From an uncultured Planctomycetaceae bacterium (GTDB lineage: Bacteria; Planctomycetota; Planctomycetia; Planctomycetales; Planctomycetaceae), in contig CAWFAK010000017.1 in the NCBI GenBank assembly GCA_963813715.1, positions 224,001-288,000 on the forward strand: 64,000 nt of DNA, read 5' to 3'. Made by a program: the position numbers and the translations under genes. This document shows positions 10,080 to 21,023 of the stretch, piece after piece; the stretch's first letter is position 1; each line of letters opens with the position of its first letter. The notes under the pieces are model-generated. The model was given only the letters and a program-made list of their open reading frames with translations, did no database searches and had not been told where the DNA came from.

Positions 10080-10778
10080 GTGATGTCCTCGTCTGACGTG
10101 AGTGTTGTGCTCGTGCATGGCGCTTGGGCGGACGGATCGAGTTGGGCAAAGGTGATCGCGCCACTGGCGGCCGACGGCGTCAAAGTCGTCGCCGCCCCGT
10201 TGCCCCTCACATCGTTTCGAGAGGATGTGGCGGCCCTCGATCGAACGCTGGAGCGCGTGACGGGGCCGATCGTTCTCGCCGGCCACGCCTATGCGGGCGC
10301 CGTCATCGCGGCGACGCGCGGCGAGAAGGTGAAGGCGCTCGTCTACGTCTCAGCCCTGGCTCCGGACGAGGGCGAAACTGTCGCGGATGTTTTCTACCGC
10401 ACTCAGCCGCACCCTCAGGCGCCCCTGTTGGCTCCCGACAAGCACGGGCTGATCTATCTGCCCGAGTCCGCCTTCGCCGCGGCCTTCGCCCAAAATGCGG
10501 TCCCGGCGGAACTGGCCGTGTTGGCAGCGGTTCAGCGACCGCTCTCGCCGGCATGCATCAACGTTGCCGTCGATCGACCGCTCTGGAAAGACCTTCCAAC
10601 CTGGTACCTCGTGGCCGAGCAGGACCGCATGATCGTCCACGAAAATCAGCGGTTCATGGCCGAACGGATGAAGGCTCGGGTGCGCGCGCATCCCGTCGAT
10701 CACACGGCAATCGTAACGGCGCCCTCCGTCGTCGTTGATACCCTCCGAGAGGCGATCGCCGAGGTTGTCGGATGCTGA
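10080..10778 (+). CDS. Alpha/beta hydrolase-fold protein (Abhydrolase_6) with Ala at the nucleophile position
   Basis: VLVHGAWADGSSW; GHAYAG in place of GHSYGG. Confidence 0.88.
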   Translation: MMSSSDVSVVLVHGAWADGSSWAKVIAPLAADGVKVVAAPLPLTSFREDVAALDRTLERVTGPIVLAGHAYAGAVIAATRGEKVKALVYVSALAPDEGETVADVFYRTQPHPQAPLLAPDKHGLIYLPESAFAAAFAQNAVPAELAVLAAVQRPLSPACINVAVDRPLWKDLPTWYLVAEQDRMIVHENQRFMAERMKARVRAHPVDHTAIVTAPSVVVDTLREAIAEVVGC

Positions 10779-10833
10779 ACGCGCGCGCCGGCATCTTTCT
10801 CAGCAAACCCCTCCTCGCATAGAGAGCATCAGT

Positions 10834-12282
10834 ATGACCGTCGAAAATTATCAAAACCTCGTGATCGGCAGTGGCGTGGGAGGAAAGCTCATCGCGTGGA
10901 CTCTTGCCAAGAGGGGCCAAAGAACGGTCGTGGTGGAACGATCGATGATTGGCGGCGCGTGTCCTAACGTGGCCTGCCTGCCCAGCAAGAACGTGATTTA
11001 CAGTGCCAAAGCGGTGACACTTGTCGATCCCAAGCGCGGTCTTGGTGTCACGAAAGGGCAACTTCAAGTCGATATGCCCGCGGTGGCTCGCCGCAAGCGA
11101 GAGATGGTCAACCGTCTGGTCGAGATCCACGTTGCCAACTACAAGGAGAGCGGTGCCGAGCTTGTAATGGGAGAAGCGCGTTTCACCGAGTCGAAGACAG
11201 TTGAGGTGACGCTGAATGTCGGAGGAACGCGGATGCTCCGCGGCGAACGCGTGTTTCTCAACCTGGGAACCCACGCCAACGTTCCGGACGTGCCGGGACT
11301 TGCCGCCGCCACGCCGCTGACGCATGTGGAAGCCCTGAACCTCGAGCGATTGCCGGAGCATCTGCTGGTCATTGGCGGTGGTTACGTCGGCCTGGAGTTC
11401 GCCCAGGCGATGCGGCGTTTCGGCAGCCGTATCACGATTATTCACCGAGGAACGCAACTACTAGATCGCGAAGATCCCGAAGTGGCCAGTGCGATGCTCG
11501 AGCTGATGAAGGATGAAGGCATTGAGGTCTTGTTGCAGGCGCAAGTGCTGAATGTCTCCGGCCGATCGGGCAGCGGCGTAACCATGCAGGTTCGATCCGG
11601 AGGGAAGGAAACGTCACTGGAAGGCTCCGACATCCTGGTGGCAGCCGGGCGAACGCCGAACACGGATCGAATCAACGCGCGCACAGCAGGCGTCGAAGTT
11701 GATTCGCACGGTTATATTCGCGTGAACGAGCGGCTGCAGGCCACAGCACCAAACGTCTGGGCCCTCGGCGAGTGCGCCGGAAGTCCGCAATTCACTCATG
11801 TGAGTGAGGATGATTTTCGCGTCGTGCTGAGCGATCTCGACGGCGGCAATCGAACCACCCGAGGTCGCGTGATCCCGTCTTGCTTGTTCACCGACCCCGA
11901 ACTGGCCCATGTTGGCATGAGTGAATCGGAGGCGATGAGCAAGAACGTTCCTTATCGACTGATCAAGCATCCAATGGCGGGCGTGCTTCGGATGTACACA
12001 ATTTCGGAGACGCGAGGATTTGCAAAGGCTCTGATCGGGTCCGATGACCGGATTCTCGGGTTTACAGCATTTGGAGCCGAAGCGAGCGAGATGATGGCGG
12101 TCGTGCAGACTGCGATGCTGGGCGGGCTGCCCTATACGGCGCTTCGCGATGCGATCTTCGCCCACCCAACCGCAGCCGAAGGTTTGGTCGCCATGTTCGG
12201 CAGTCCGCTTCTAGAGCCAGAAAGGACGAAAGGCCAAGGCCCTGCCTCGGCCGCATCCACAACTTCTCGCCGATCAATTTAA
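10834..12282 (+). CDS. Class I pyridine nucleotide-disulfide oxidoreductase, RclA/MerA-like
   Basis: GSGVGG, GGACPNVACLPSK redox disulfide, GGGYVGLE, HPTAAE; no MerA C-terminal Cys pair. Confidence 0.9.
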   Translation: MTVENYQNLVIGSGVGGKLIAWTLAKRGQRTVVVERSMIGGACPNVACLPSKNVIYSAKAVTLVDPKRGLGVTKGQLQVDMPAVARRKREMVNRLVEIHVANYKESGAELVMGEARFTESKTVEVTLNVGGTRMLRGERVFLNLGTHANVPDVPGLAAATPLTHVEALNLERLPEHLLVIGGGYVGLEFAQAMRRFGSRITIIHRGTQLLDREDPEVASAMLELMKDEGIEVLLQAQVLNVSGRSGSGVTMQVRSGGKETSLEGSDILVAAGRTPNTDRINARTAGVEVDSHGYIRVNERLQATAPNVWALGECAGSPQFTHVSEDDFRVVLSDLDGGNRTTRGRVIPSCLFTDPELAHVGMSESEAMSKNVPYRLIKHPMAGVLRMYTISETRGFAKALIGSDDRILGFTAFGAEASEMMAVVQTAMLGGLPYTALRDAIFAHPTAAEGLVAMFGSPLLEPERTKGQGPASAASTTSRRSI

Positions 12283-12538
12283 CCAGCGGAACGCCTCGGG
12301 TGGCTGGACTGTGCTCTAGTCGTGGTATCTCATCCGATTTTCGTGAAGCCCAGAAATGGACCGACCAGTGCTGCCCTGATAGGCACCGGAAACTCATGCA
12401 GCCTTGGGGCACCCCCCCGGAAGAACTTGACCGACGGCGATGGCTTCAATCCGAGACGAACTGTGATATGTTCATACGAGGCTGCGGGTCGCTTGTTCCG
12501 CAGCGATGGCTACACGCCGACGAAGAGGGGACGAGGCC

Positions 12539-13225
12539 ATGATCCGACGAGTTATTGCCATCCGGACCCTAATCATTGCGTTTCTGGTGCTGTTACTCGT
12601 TCCGGCGACAATGGCCTGCGCCGACGAACCCAGTCCAAACCTGACGGATGAGGAATTCGCCGAACTCATCAAATCGCACGATCACTCGCTGAACATGCTG
12701 CTCGGTCTCATCAGCGGCCTCAGCGACGAGCAATGGACCTTCAAGCAAAACGCCAAGCGCTGGTCCGTGGGCGAGTGTACGGAACACATTGTGCGATCCG
12801 AACGCGCTCTCTTCCAAAACGCGATGCAAGCGATGAAGAATCCGCCTGACCCGGACTGGTACGCGCGTACCAAAGGCAAAGCGGATTTCATTCGCAGGGT
12901 CATCCCAAACCGGAACCCGGGTGGCGTCGGCGGCGCGCAGGCACCGCTGGAAATCCAGCCGACGGAGAAATGGGGCCGCGCGAAGGCGATCGAAGAGTTC
13001 TACAAGATCCACGGCGAGGTGCGTGCGTATCTCGAAACCATGCCGCGCGAAATCAAAAACCATACCGTCCGGCATCCCTTCCCAATCTTCAACTGGCTGA
13101 ACGCACACGATTGGCTGCTGTACTTGCCTTTGCACACAGAACGTCACTGCAAGCAGATTATCGAAGTGCAGGCCGATCCAAGATATCCGAAAAAAGCGGC
13201 CTCGGTGGCGGCTGCGGCGAAATAA
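12539..13225 (+). CDS. Exported DinB/YfiT family protein
   Basis: Signal peptide; WSVGECTEH...HTERH metal-binding His triad. Confidence 0.85.
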   Translation: MIRRVIAIRTLIIAFLVLLLVPATMACADEPSPNLTDEEFAELIKSHDHSLNMLLGLISGLSDEQWTFKQNAKRWSVGECTEHIVRSERALFQNAMQAMKNPPDPDWYARTKGKADFIRRVIPNRNPGGVGGAQAPLEIQPTEKWGRAKAIEEFYKIHGEVRAYLETMPREIKNHTVRHPFPIFNWLNAHDWLLYLPLHTERHCKQIIEVQADPRYPKKAASVAAAAK

Positions 13226-13330
13226 TTAGCCTTGCTTGACCAACACGGTCAATTGGGGCGACACTGCACGAATCAGTCGGCTGGCGTTGGTTGACAACCA
13301 GTTCCTCCCCTAACGCTTTGAGGAGACATC

Positions 13331-13883
13331 ATGAGCATGCTTCGCGTAATCGTCTTGGCGACTGTGGTCGGCTTGTTGAGCACCGTTCCCGCTGACGCGC
13401 AACGAGCCCACGCGCAAGCGAGTCAGCCCTCACGAGACCGTGAGTGCCGTGATCGCAGGCAACGAGGTGAAGATCACCTACGGCCGGCCCTACTCCAAGA
13501 ATCCGCGCGGCACCGACATCCGAAAGATTTGGGGATCGCTGGTGCCCTACGGCAAAGCCTGGCGACTGGGCGCCGACGAGGCGACGACCATCGTGCTGCA
13601 AAAGGGGATCAAGATTGGCGACGCGGCGATTCCTGCCGGGACCTACACGCTGTACCTGATTCCCGAAGAGAATGGCGGCAAGCTGGCTTTCAGCAAGACC
13701 GTGGGTAAATGGGGGGTTCCCGTCGACCAGAAGAATGATCTGGTCCGTGTCGACGTCAAGAAAGAGCCGCTCTCGCCAGCGCTTGATCAATTGGCGATCG
13801 CCGTCCAGAAGGGCGACAATGGCGGCGTGCTGAAGTTCATGTGGGAAGACTCGCAGTACACTGTGAACTTCACCAACGAATAG
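13331..13883 (+). CDS. Secreted DUF2911 family protein; frameshift near 13405
   Basis: Signal peptide; ITYGRP...IWGSLVPYGKAWRLGADEAT...PAGTYTLY. Confidence 0.85.
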
Positions 13884-13944
13884 CGCGCCGATCTTGATCC
13901 GCCCAACCCCACCGACTCGTCGCAAGCAATCTGACAGTGCGCCT

Positions 13945-16473
13945 ATGCAATCCAGCTCTTCGACGACCGTCGGCATTCGCGCACGACTCCGGATTGCCGC
14001 TTGGACCGCCGTCGCGCTGATGCTTGTCGCGCTCGGCGCAGTCCAAGGCGGAATCGCCGCCCGCAAGCGCGGGAGCCGCGATCCTGGAAAAACTGCGTGC
14101 CTTTCAAGAGATGGGGAGCGTGCTGCACGTCGCCGCCCATCCCGACGATGAGAATACGCAGTTAATCACGTACTTGGCGCGGGGGCGGCGAGTCCGCACG
14201 GCCTATCTGTCGATTACGCGAGGCGACGGCGGGCAGAATGTGCTCGGCGGCGAATTCGGCCCGCAACTGGGGCTGATCCGTACGCACGAGCTTCTGGCCG
14301 CGCGGCGATTGGACGGGGGGAGACAGTTTTTTACGCGTGCGATCGACTTCGGTTTCTCAAAGGACCCCGAAGAGACGCTCAAGATCTGGGACGAGCAGGC
14401 GGTTCTGTCGGACGTCGTCCGCGTGATTCGCACATTCCGGCCCGATGTGATTGTGACTCGGTTCAGTCCGCAGGCCTCGCGCACGCATGGGCATCACACG
14501 GCCTCAGCGATTTTGGCCGTGGAGGCGTTCAAGCTCTCGGGCGACCGGACGGCGTTTCCCGATCAGCTCAAAGAACTGGAGCCTTGGCAGCCCAAGCGAA
14601 TACTGATGAACCGCGGCCTTGGTGGCGGTCGCGGCGGCGGAGAGGGCGCCGTGCAGCTCGACGTCGGCGGCACCGACGTGTTGCTGGGCGAGAGCTTCTC
14701 GACGATCGCATCGCGCAGTCGTGCGATGCACAAGAGCCAAGGGTTTGGCAATTTTGGAAGCGGCGGGCGCGGCGGCGGCAGCCGGCCGCGGACGGAGTCG
14801 TTTCAGCTCCTGGCCGGCGAACCGGCCAAAAAGGACATCTTCGACGGGATCGACGTGCAATGGACCCGCGTGCGCGGCGGTGCAGAGATCGGGAAACTGG
14901 TCAGCGAGGTGATCGCCAAGTTCAATCCGGCGCGATCCGGGCGCAAGCGTTCCCGATTTGTTGATTCTGCGCCGCAAGTTGACAGCTCTTGCGGACGAGC
15001 CGCTCGTTCGCGAAAAGCGTCGCGACTTCGACCAGATTCTACAGGCCTGCCTGGGCCTGGTCGTGGAGTCAACCTTGAGCACGGCCGAGGTCTCGCCTGG
15101 CGACTCCGTGACGATCGAGCATTCTGTCGTCCGCAAAGGCAAAGTGCCCGTCACTTGGCGGGGTGTTCGCTACCCGACTTTAAACAAGGAGCTGAAGCGG
15201 ACCGATCCGTTGACGTTAGACCAGGTCGTGAAGGTCACCGACCAGCAAACTTTGCCCGACGACATATCCGGTGAGCCAGCCCTATTGGCTTCGCGAGGTC
15301 CCAGGCGTCGGCGTGTATCGCGTGGCCGAGCCGAGCTTGATTGGCCAGCCCCTGGGGCCGCCTCCGCTTCTCGTGGAGCATGAATTTGAGGTCCAGGGGC
15401 AGACGTTCGTGGTGCCGATCGTGCCCACCGCCCGGGTGATCGAAAACGGAAAGCAGATCGAGCGTTCCCTCGAAGTGGTCCCGCCGGTGTTCCTCGGCTT
15501 CCCGTTCGAGGTAGCCCGTTTTGCACCGGGACAGAAGCGAAACGTGCAGGTCACCGTGTCCAGCAGTCGCCCCGGGGTTACCGGCGAGCTCACGTTGTCG
15601 GCACCAGCGGACTGGAAGGTGGCTCCCCGCTCGCAGAAGTTTCAGATCGACACGGGTTCCCAAGCCAGGTACACGTTCGAAGTGACGCCTCCGGCGCACG
15701 CCGCCTCGGCGTCGATCGTCGCCCAGGCCACGGTCGGCGGCCGCACCTACGACAACGGGCGCGTCGACATCCGTTATGATCACATCGGTCACCTCTTGTT
15801 GCAGCCGACCGCGCGGCTGACTGCCGCGTCTTTCGATCTGAACATTCGAGGGCGGAATGTCGGTTACGTCGAAGGCGCCGGCGATAGCGTCGCCGAATGT
15901 CTCGCGCAGATGGGTTACACGGTCAAGCCGCTCTCAGCCACGGATCTAACAAAAGAAGGTCTGCGCGGTCTGGATGCAGTCGTAATCGGCGTTCGCGCGT
16001 TCAACGTGCGCAAAGATCTGGGCAAGCACATGCCGGCCTTATTTGCGTTCGCCGAGGCGGGCGGAAATCTGATCGTGCAATACAACCGGCCCGAGGGCCT
16101 CAAGAGCGATCGATTCGCTCCGTACGACTTGGGTCTCTCGAGTCAGCGGGTGACCGACGAGCAGTCGCCGGTGACGTTTCTGGCTCCAGATCATCCGGCG
16201 CTCAACACGCCCAACAAAATCACGCGGGCCGATTTCGATGGGTGGGTGCAGGAGCGCGGGATCTATTTTCCGAATGAGTGGGATCAACACTTCAAGCCGA
16301 TCCTCGCGTTAAAAGACCCGAACGAACCGCCGCTCGAAGGCGGGATTCTGATCGCGGCACACGGCCGCGGCAACGTGATTTACACCAGCCTGGCCTGGTT
16401 TCGAGAGCTGCCGGCGGGTGTTCCCGGCGCTTACCGATTGTTTGCGAACCTTGTCTCGTTGGGCAAGGGCTGA
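13945..16473 (+). CDS. Secreted PIG-L/LmbE family deacetylase with NEW3-like Ig and C-terminal class I glutamine-amidotransferase-like domains; about 3 frameshifts
   Basis: AHPDDE, TRGDGGQN, HGHH; later frames give WVQERG and FRELPAGVPGAYRLFANL. Confidence 0.88.
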
Positions 16474-16498
16474 AAATCCTCCAGCGCGGACGGGCGCC

Positions 16499-16654
16499 AT
16501 GGCCGAACGGACTGCCGACTCGTCGGACTCCGCAGAGAACGAAGCGACCCGGCTGCCTGTCTTCCGCACCTGGCCCGCGGTTTATGCCTTCGTCGTGGCC
16601 ACGTTCGTCCTCTGGGTCACGCTCCTCGCAGTCTTGGCGAGGACGTTCTCGTGA
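16499..16654 (+). CDS. Small single-TM protein preceding the symporter (accessory subunit-like)
   Basis: Hydrophobic WPAVYAFVVATFVLWVTLL; GTGA overlap with the symporter start. Confidence 0.65.
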   Translation: MAERTADSSDSAENEATRLPVFRTWPAVYAFVVATFVLWVTLLAVLARTFS

Positions 16655-18368
16655 ACGGAATCGATTGGGCTGTCCTGCTCATCACGATTCTGGGCATTGC
16701 TGGCTACGGGATCTGGGGCACACGCGGCCAGCGCAGTCTTCGAACTTTTTTGCACGGCTCAGGCGAAACGAGCTGGATGGTGATTGGCCTCTCGGTGATG
16801 GCCACGCAGGCCAGCGCCATCACGTTTCTCTCCACTCCCGGGCAAGGATATGAGAGTGGACTGGGGTTCGTGCAGAACTACTTTGGAGCCCCGTTCGCGT
16901 TGATCATCATCTCTGTCGTGTTTTTGCCGATCTATCGCCGTCTGAATGTCGACACCGCGTATGAATTCCTGGGGAGCCGCTTTGATTCCAAGACGCGCCT
17001 GCTCGGGGCGGCCTTGTTTCTTCTGCAGCGCGGGCTGGGCGCCGGGATCACAATCTACGCTCCGGCCATCGTGCTCTCGACGGTCATGGGTTGGCGTCTG
17101 GACCTGACGATCATCGGCAGCGGATTGGTGGCGATCGCCTACACCGTTTCCGGGGGCAGCGCCGCGGTTAACCTGACGCAAAAGTACCAGATCGGCGTCA
17201 TCTTCATCGGCATGATCACGGCCTTTTTTGTTTTGGTGTCGAAGCTGCCCGGCGACGTTGGCTTCTCCGGTGCGCTGACCGTGGCCGGAGGTTTGAATAA
17301 GCTGGAAGGCGTCGACTTCTCGTTCGATGTCGGCAAGCGCTACACGTTCTGGTCTGGCCTGCTCGGTGGACTGTTTCTCGCTCTGTCGTACTTTGGCACG
17401 GACCAGTCGCAAGTGCAGCGTTATCTGTCGGGCGGATCACTGCGCGAAAGCCGCCTGGGCTTGATGTTCAACGCGGTCTGCAAGATTCCTATGCAGTTCT
17501 TCATCCTGCTGCTGGGGGTGATGCTGTTTGTTTTCTATCAGTTCGAGCCGCCGCCAATTTTTTTCAATCAAACGGCCTGGAACAACGCGATTGCGACTAA
17601 GTCGGGCGGCCAATTGCAATCACTGGCCCGGCAATACGAGTCCGAATGCGCTTCCACCAAGACCGCAATCACCCGCTGGCTGGCGCTGGGCCACAGCAGT
17701 AATCCCGCGGAGGCTGATGCTGCGCGAACCAACGCGCAAGCGGCTTACCAGCAGAGCCAAGCGACCCGAGCCGAGGCCAAACGCGCCCTGACAGCCGCCA
17801 CCCGCGCGCGTCTTCCAACGATGCCGACTACGTCTTCGTGACGTTTATTCTGCATCACTTGCCGCACGGCCTGATCGGCCTGCTGATTACCGTATTCTTG
17901 GCCGCGACGCTCTCGTCAAAGGCTGCCGAGCTGAATGCCCTGGGGTCGACGACAACCGTCGACCTGTATCGGCACATCATGACTCGCCAGGCCACGGAGG
18001 CGCACTACCTGAAGGCATCGCGATTTTTCACGGCCATGTGGGGGTTGATTGCGATTTGCTTTGCCCTGTTTGCAAACATGGCGGAAAACCTGATCCAGGC
18101 CGTGAACATCGTGGGCTCGATTTTCTACGGCGTGGTGCTGGGGATGTTTCTGGTCGCGTTCTTGATGCGATGGATTGGCGGGACAGCCGTCTTTTATGCG
18201 GCAATCGTGTCGCAGGTGGCGGTGCTCGTGCTCTACTTCACGATCCCCATCAGCTACCTTTGGTACAACGTGATTGGCTGTGCGATTTGTGTCGTTTTGA
18301 GCGCGTGCGTGCAGATTGGCCTCGGCCCGATTGATCGCGAGCCAACCCGCGGGGTTAACCCAACATGA
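16651..18368 (+). CDS. Sodium:solute symporter (SSS family); frameshift near 17805
   Basis: GLSVMATQASAITF, GTDQSQVQRYL, many TM helices. Confidence 0.92.
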
Positions 18369-19142
18369 GCGGGGAGCCCCTCATTTGCTTCGGCCAGCAA
18401 CCGTGCGGGTTCTTCCCACGCCGTTACCTCGTGGCGAAGATTCGGACCGCCCGGCGTTTGCAGGCGGAAATCGGGGGCAGAATTGTGTTTTTTTGTCACG
18501 ACTCCGATCACGATCCGCGCGAAACCAAGACCATCGTGCGCCACCGTCGCCTTGGCGAGCCGCTGCCCTTGAATTTCGCCTTCGCCAATAAGTGGCAGCG
18601 CAAATTCTCGCCGCTCTACGCCAAGCGAGTTCTGCCCGAGTGGCAAGCCAAAACGGCCATGACGCTGCATCCCTACGTGGAACCCTCTTTAGTCCAAGCG
18701 TTCGAGGAAACGCACGCCACGAACGTCGCCGATTTCTGCCTCGAGATGTACAAGCGGATGGGATTCTTGGAGGGAATGGACGATTGCGCGATCCAGCGAT
18801 CCGGCCTTCCGGGAAGCGGCCTGCGAAATCGACGACTACTATGTCGACGTGCCCTACGAGGGCGAAATTGTCCGCGCGCGTTACGTCAAAGGCGAACTGA
18901 TGCTCCACAAAGGGGGCGATGTCTATGAGACGTGCCCTCGTGTCCCTTTTGGCAAAAAGCAGATCAGCCCGGCGCGCGACACCCGCTTGAAATGGATGCA
19001 GTCGGTCGTGCAGTGCACGCACTATGTCGCGGGAGCAAGCGAACAGGACTATCTGCGTGTCGCGGACGCGCCCGAGGTAAACTTTGTACGCCGAGAGACG
19101 ATCGAGCGAGCAGATGAAGCCTATACCGACCTCCAACTCTGA
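18365..19142 (+). CDS. bshC: Short BshC-like protein (about 259 aa after repairing the frameshift near 18780)
   Basis: GQQ..K..A..L...VF...DHD..E and SP...R....Q....YVAG..E..Y match recalled BshC motifs; lies directly upstream of bshB1-bshA. Confidence 0.68.
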
Positions 19143-19850
19143 ACCGGGACCGCTCTTGGTCTTCGGTGCCCATCCGGACGATATCGAGTTCGGCTGCGGT
19201 GCCATCGTGGCCTTGGAGACCCGCGCTGGCCGCCGCGTTCACTTGGTCGTCTGTTCGAAAGGCGAAGCCGGCACGTATGGCAGCGCCGAACAGCGAGTGG
19301 CCGAAGCCCAGGCCGCGGCCAAAGTGTTGGGCGCGTCGCTCGAGTTCGTCGAGTTCGATGGCGACGCACATCTCGAGCTTCGCGCGGCTCACGCCATCAC
19401 GCTGGCCCGACGTGTGCGGGAGCACAAGCCCGACATCGTGTTGGCGCCGACAGTCGTCCAGAATCAGCACCCGGATCACTGGCGGCTGGGGACGCTGGTT
19501 CGCGATGCCGTGAGGTTGGCTCGCTACGGCGGCCTGGAAGAGCTGCGTGCGCTCGCGCCGCATCGAATCGAGCAATTGTTTTTCTACGCGCTCGGTGCCG
19601 AAGCCGAACCCCGCGATGCGATGCCAATCTTGGTCGATGTCTCGCCCCCGGAGGTCATCGCGACATGGACCGCCGCCATGCAGGCCCACGCCTCTCAGGT
19701 TCGAGGCGCGAGTACGTCGAGCTCCAATTGAGCCGAGCGCATTATCACGGGCTCCGAGCGGGTGTGAGCCACGCGATCCCGCTATTCCCAAACGATCCAA
19801 TCCTTTTGGATTCGTTGGCCGCAGTCGAGCGCGCCGCTCGTGTCTTTTGA
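19114..19850 (+). CDS. bshB1: Bacillithiol biosynthesis deacetylase BshB1 (PIG-L family); frameshift near 19710
   Basis: FGAHPDDIEFGCG, KGEAGTYGSAEQRVAEA, HPDH; adjacent to bshA. Confidence 0.85.
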
Positions 19851-19869
19851 TCAAGCAGAGCCAGCACAG

Positions 19870-21023
19870 ATGACACACCCGCGGCCGTTGAAAGTAGGCA
19901 TCGTCTGCTATCCGACTGTGGGCGGAAGCGGAATCTTGGCCGCAGCGCTCGGTGAAGAACTGGCCGCGCGCGGGCACGAAGTGCACTTCATTAGCTCAGA
20001 ACGGCCATTTCGATTTCCCGACCAGTCCGCACGTGTCCATTTCCATCCGGTTTCGGTCAATAAATACGAACTGTTTCGGTATCCCGACTACACGTTACCT
20101 CTGTCGGTGAAGATGGCCGAGGTTAGCCGAGACTACAGACTCGACGTGCTACACGCCCACTATGCCGTACCGCATGCCACGTCCGCGATTCTTGCTCGTT
20201 CAATGCTTCCACAGAATCTTCAGCCGCGTGTCGTGACCACTTTGCACGGCACGGACACTACGCTTTTGGGCGCGACGCGAACTACGGCCCGGCAATTCGA
20301 CACGCGCTCGACTGCTCGGACGCTGTTACGGCCGTTTCAGAGTTTCTCAAGCGGGAAACGCACCGACTGTTGGACGTGAGTCGCGAAGTCGAGGTGATCC
20401 ACAATTTCTATAAGCCTCGCCAACCAAGGCAATCTCGCGAGGCGGTCCGCAACGAATTAGGAATCGCGAATGGCCAGGCACTGTTGCTGCACAGTTCGAA
20501 CTTGCGAAGTCTTAAACGCGTCGACCTGTTACTTGCCGCTGTCGCCGCGATCCGCCCGCGCGAGTCGTTCAAGCTGATGATCTTGGCCGGCGAGGATTTT
20601 TCGCCCTTCACGAGCGAAGTACTGCGCCTGGGGCTGCAAGACCAGGTGATCGTGTTAGACAGAGTCAAGGACATCGAGGAATACCTCCAGGCCGCCGATC
20701 TGAATCTGGTCACATCGGAAAGCGAGAGTTTTTGTCTCAGTATTCTTGAGGCCATGTGTTTCGGGTGTCCGAGTGTGGCCATGCGCGTTGGCGGCATTCC
20801 TGAAGTCATCGACGACAATCGATCCGGCCAACTTGTCCCCTTTGGCGAAGTGGCGGAATTCGCCACAACGGTCGAGGCACTTATTCGCGACACGCAACGG
20901 CGATTGGAGTTCGGCCAAGCTGGCAAGGCGATCGCCCAGGAGCGATTCTCAGCAGAAAGGATCGTGCCGAAATACGAATCGCTCTATTACCGCATCTGTC
21001 CCGTGACGAAGAACAACGCATGA
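19870..21023 (+). CDS. bshA: N-acetyl-alpha-D-glucosaminyl L-malate synthase BshA (GT4); frameshift near 20275
   Basis: IVCYPTVGGSG, LHAHYAVPHA, VTTLHGTD, ESFCLSILEAM. Confidence 0.92.

Noticed and set aside
10834..12282. merA call
   Set aside because: No C-terminal Cys pair, no NmerA domain, no mer operon
12330..12338. Third TCATCCGAT box
   Set aside because: No GTAAC 16 nt upstream
14920..20300. Programmed frameshifting in the bsh operon
   Set aside because: No consistent slippery sites, and similar indels occur throughout the window
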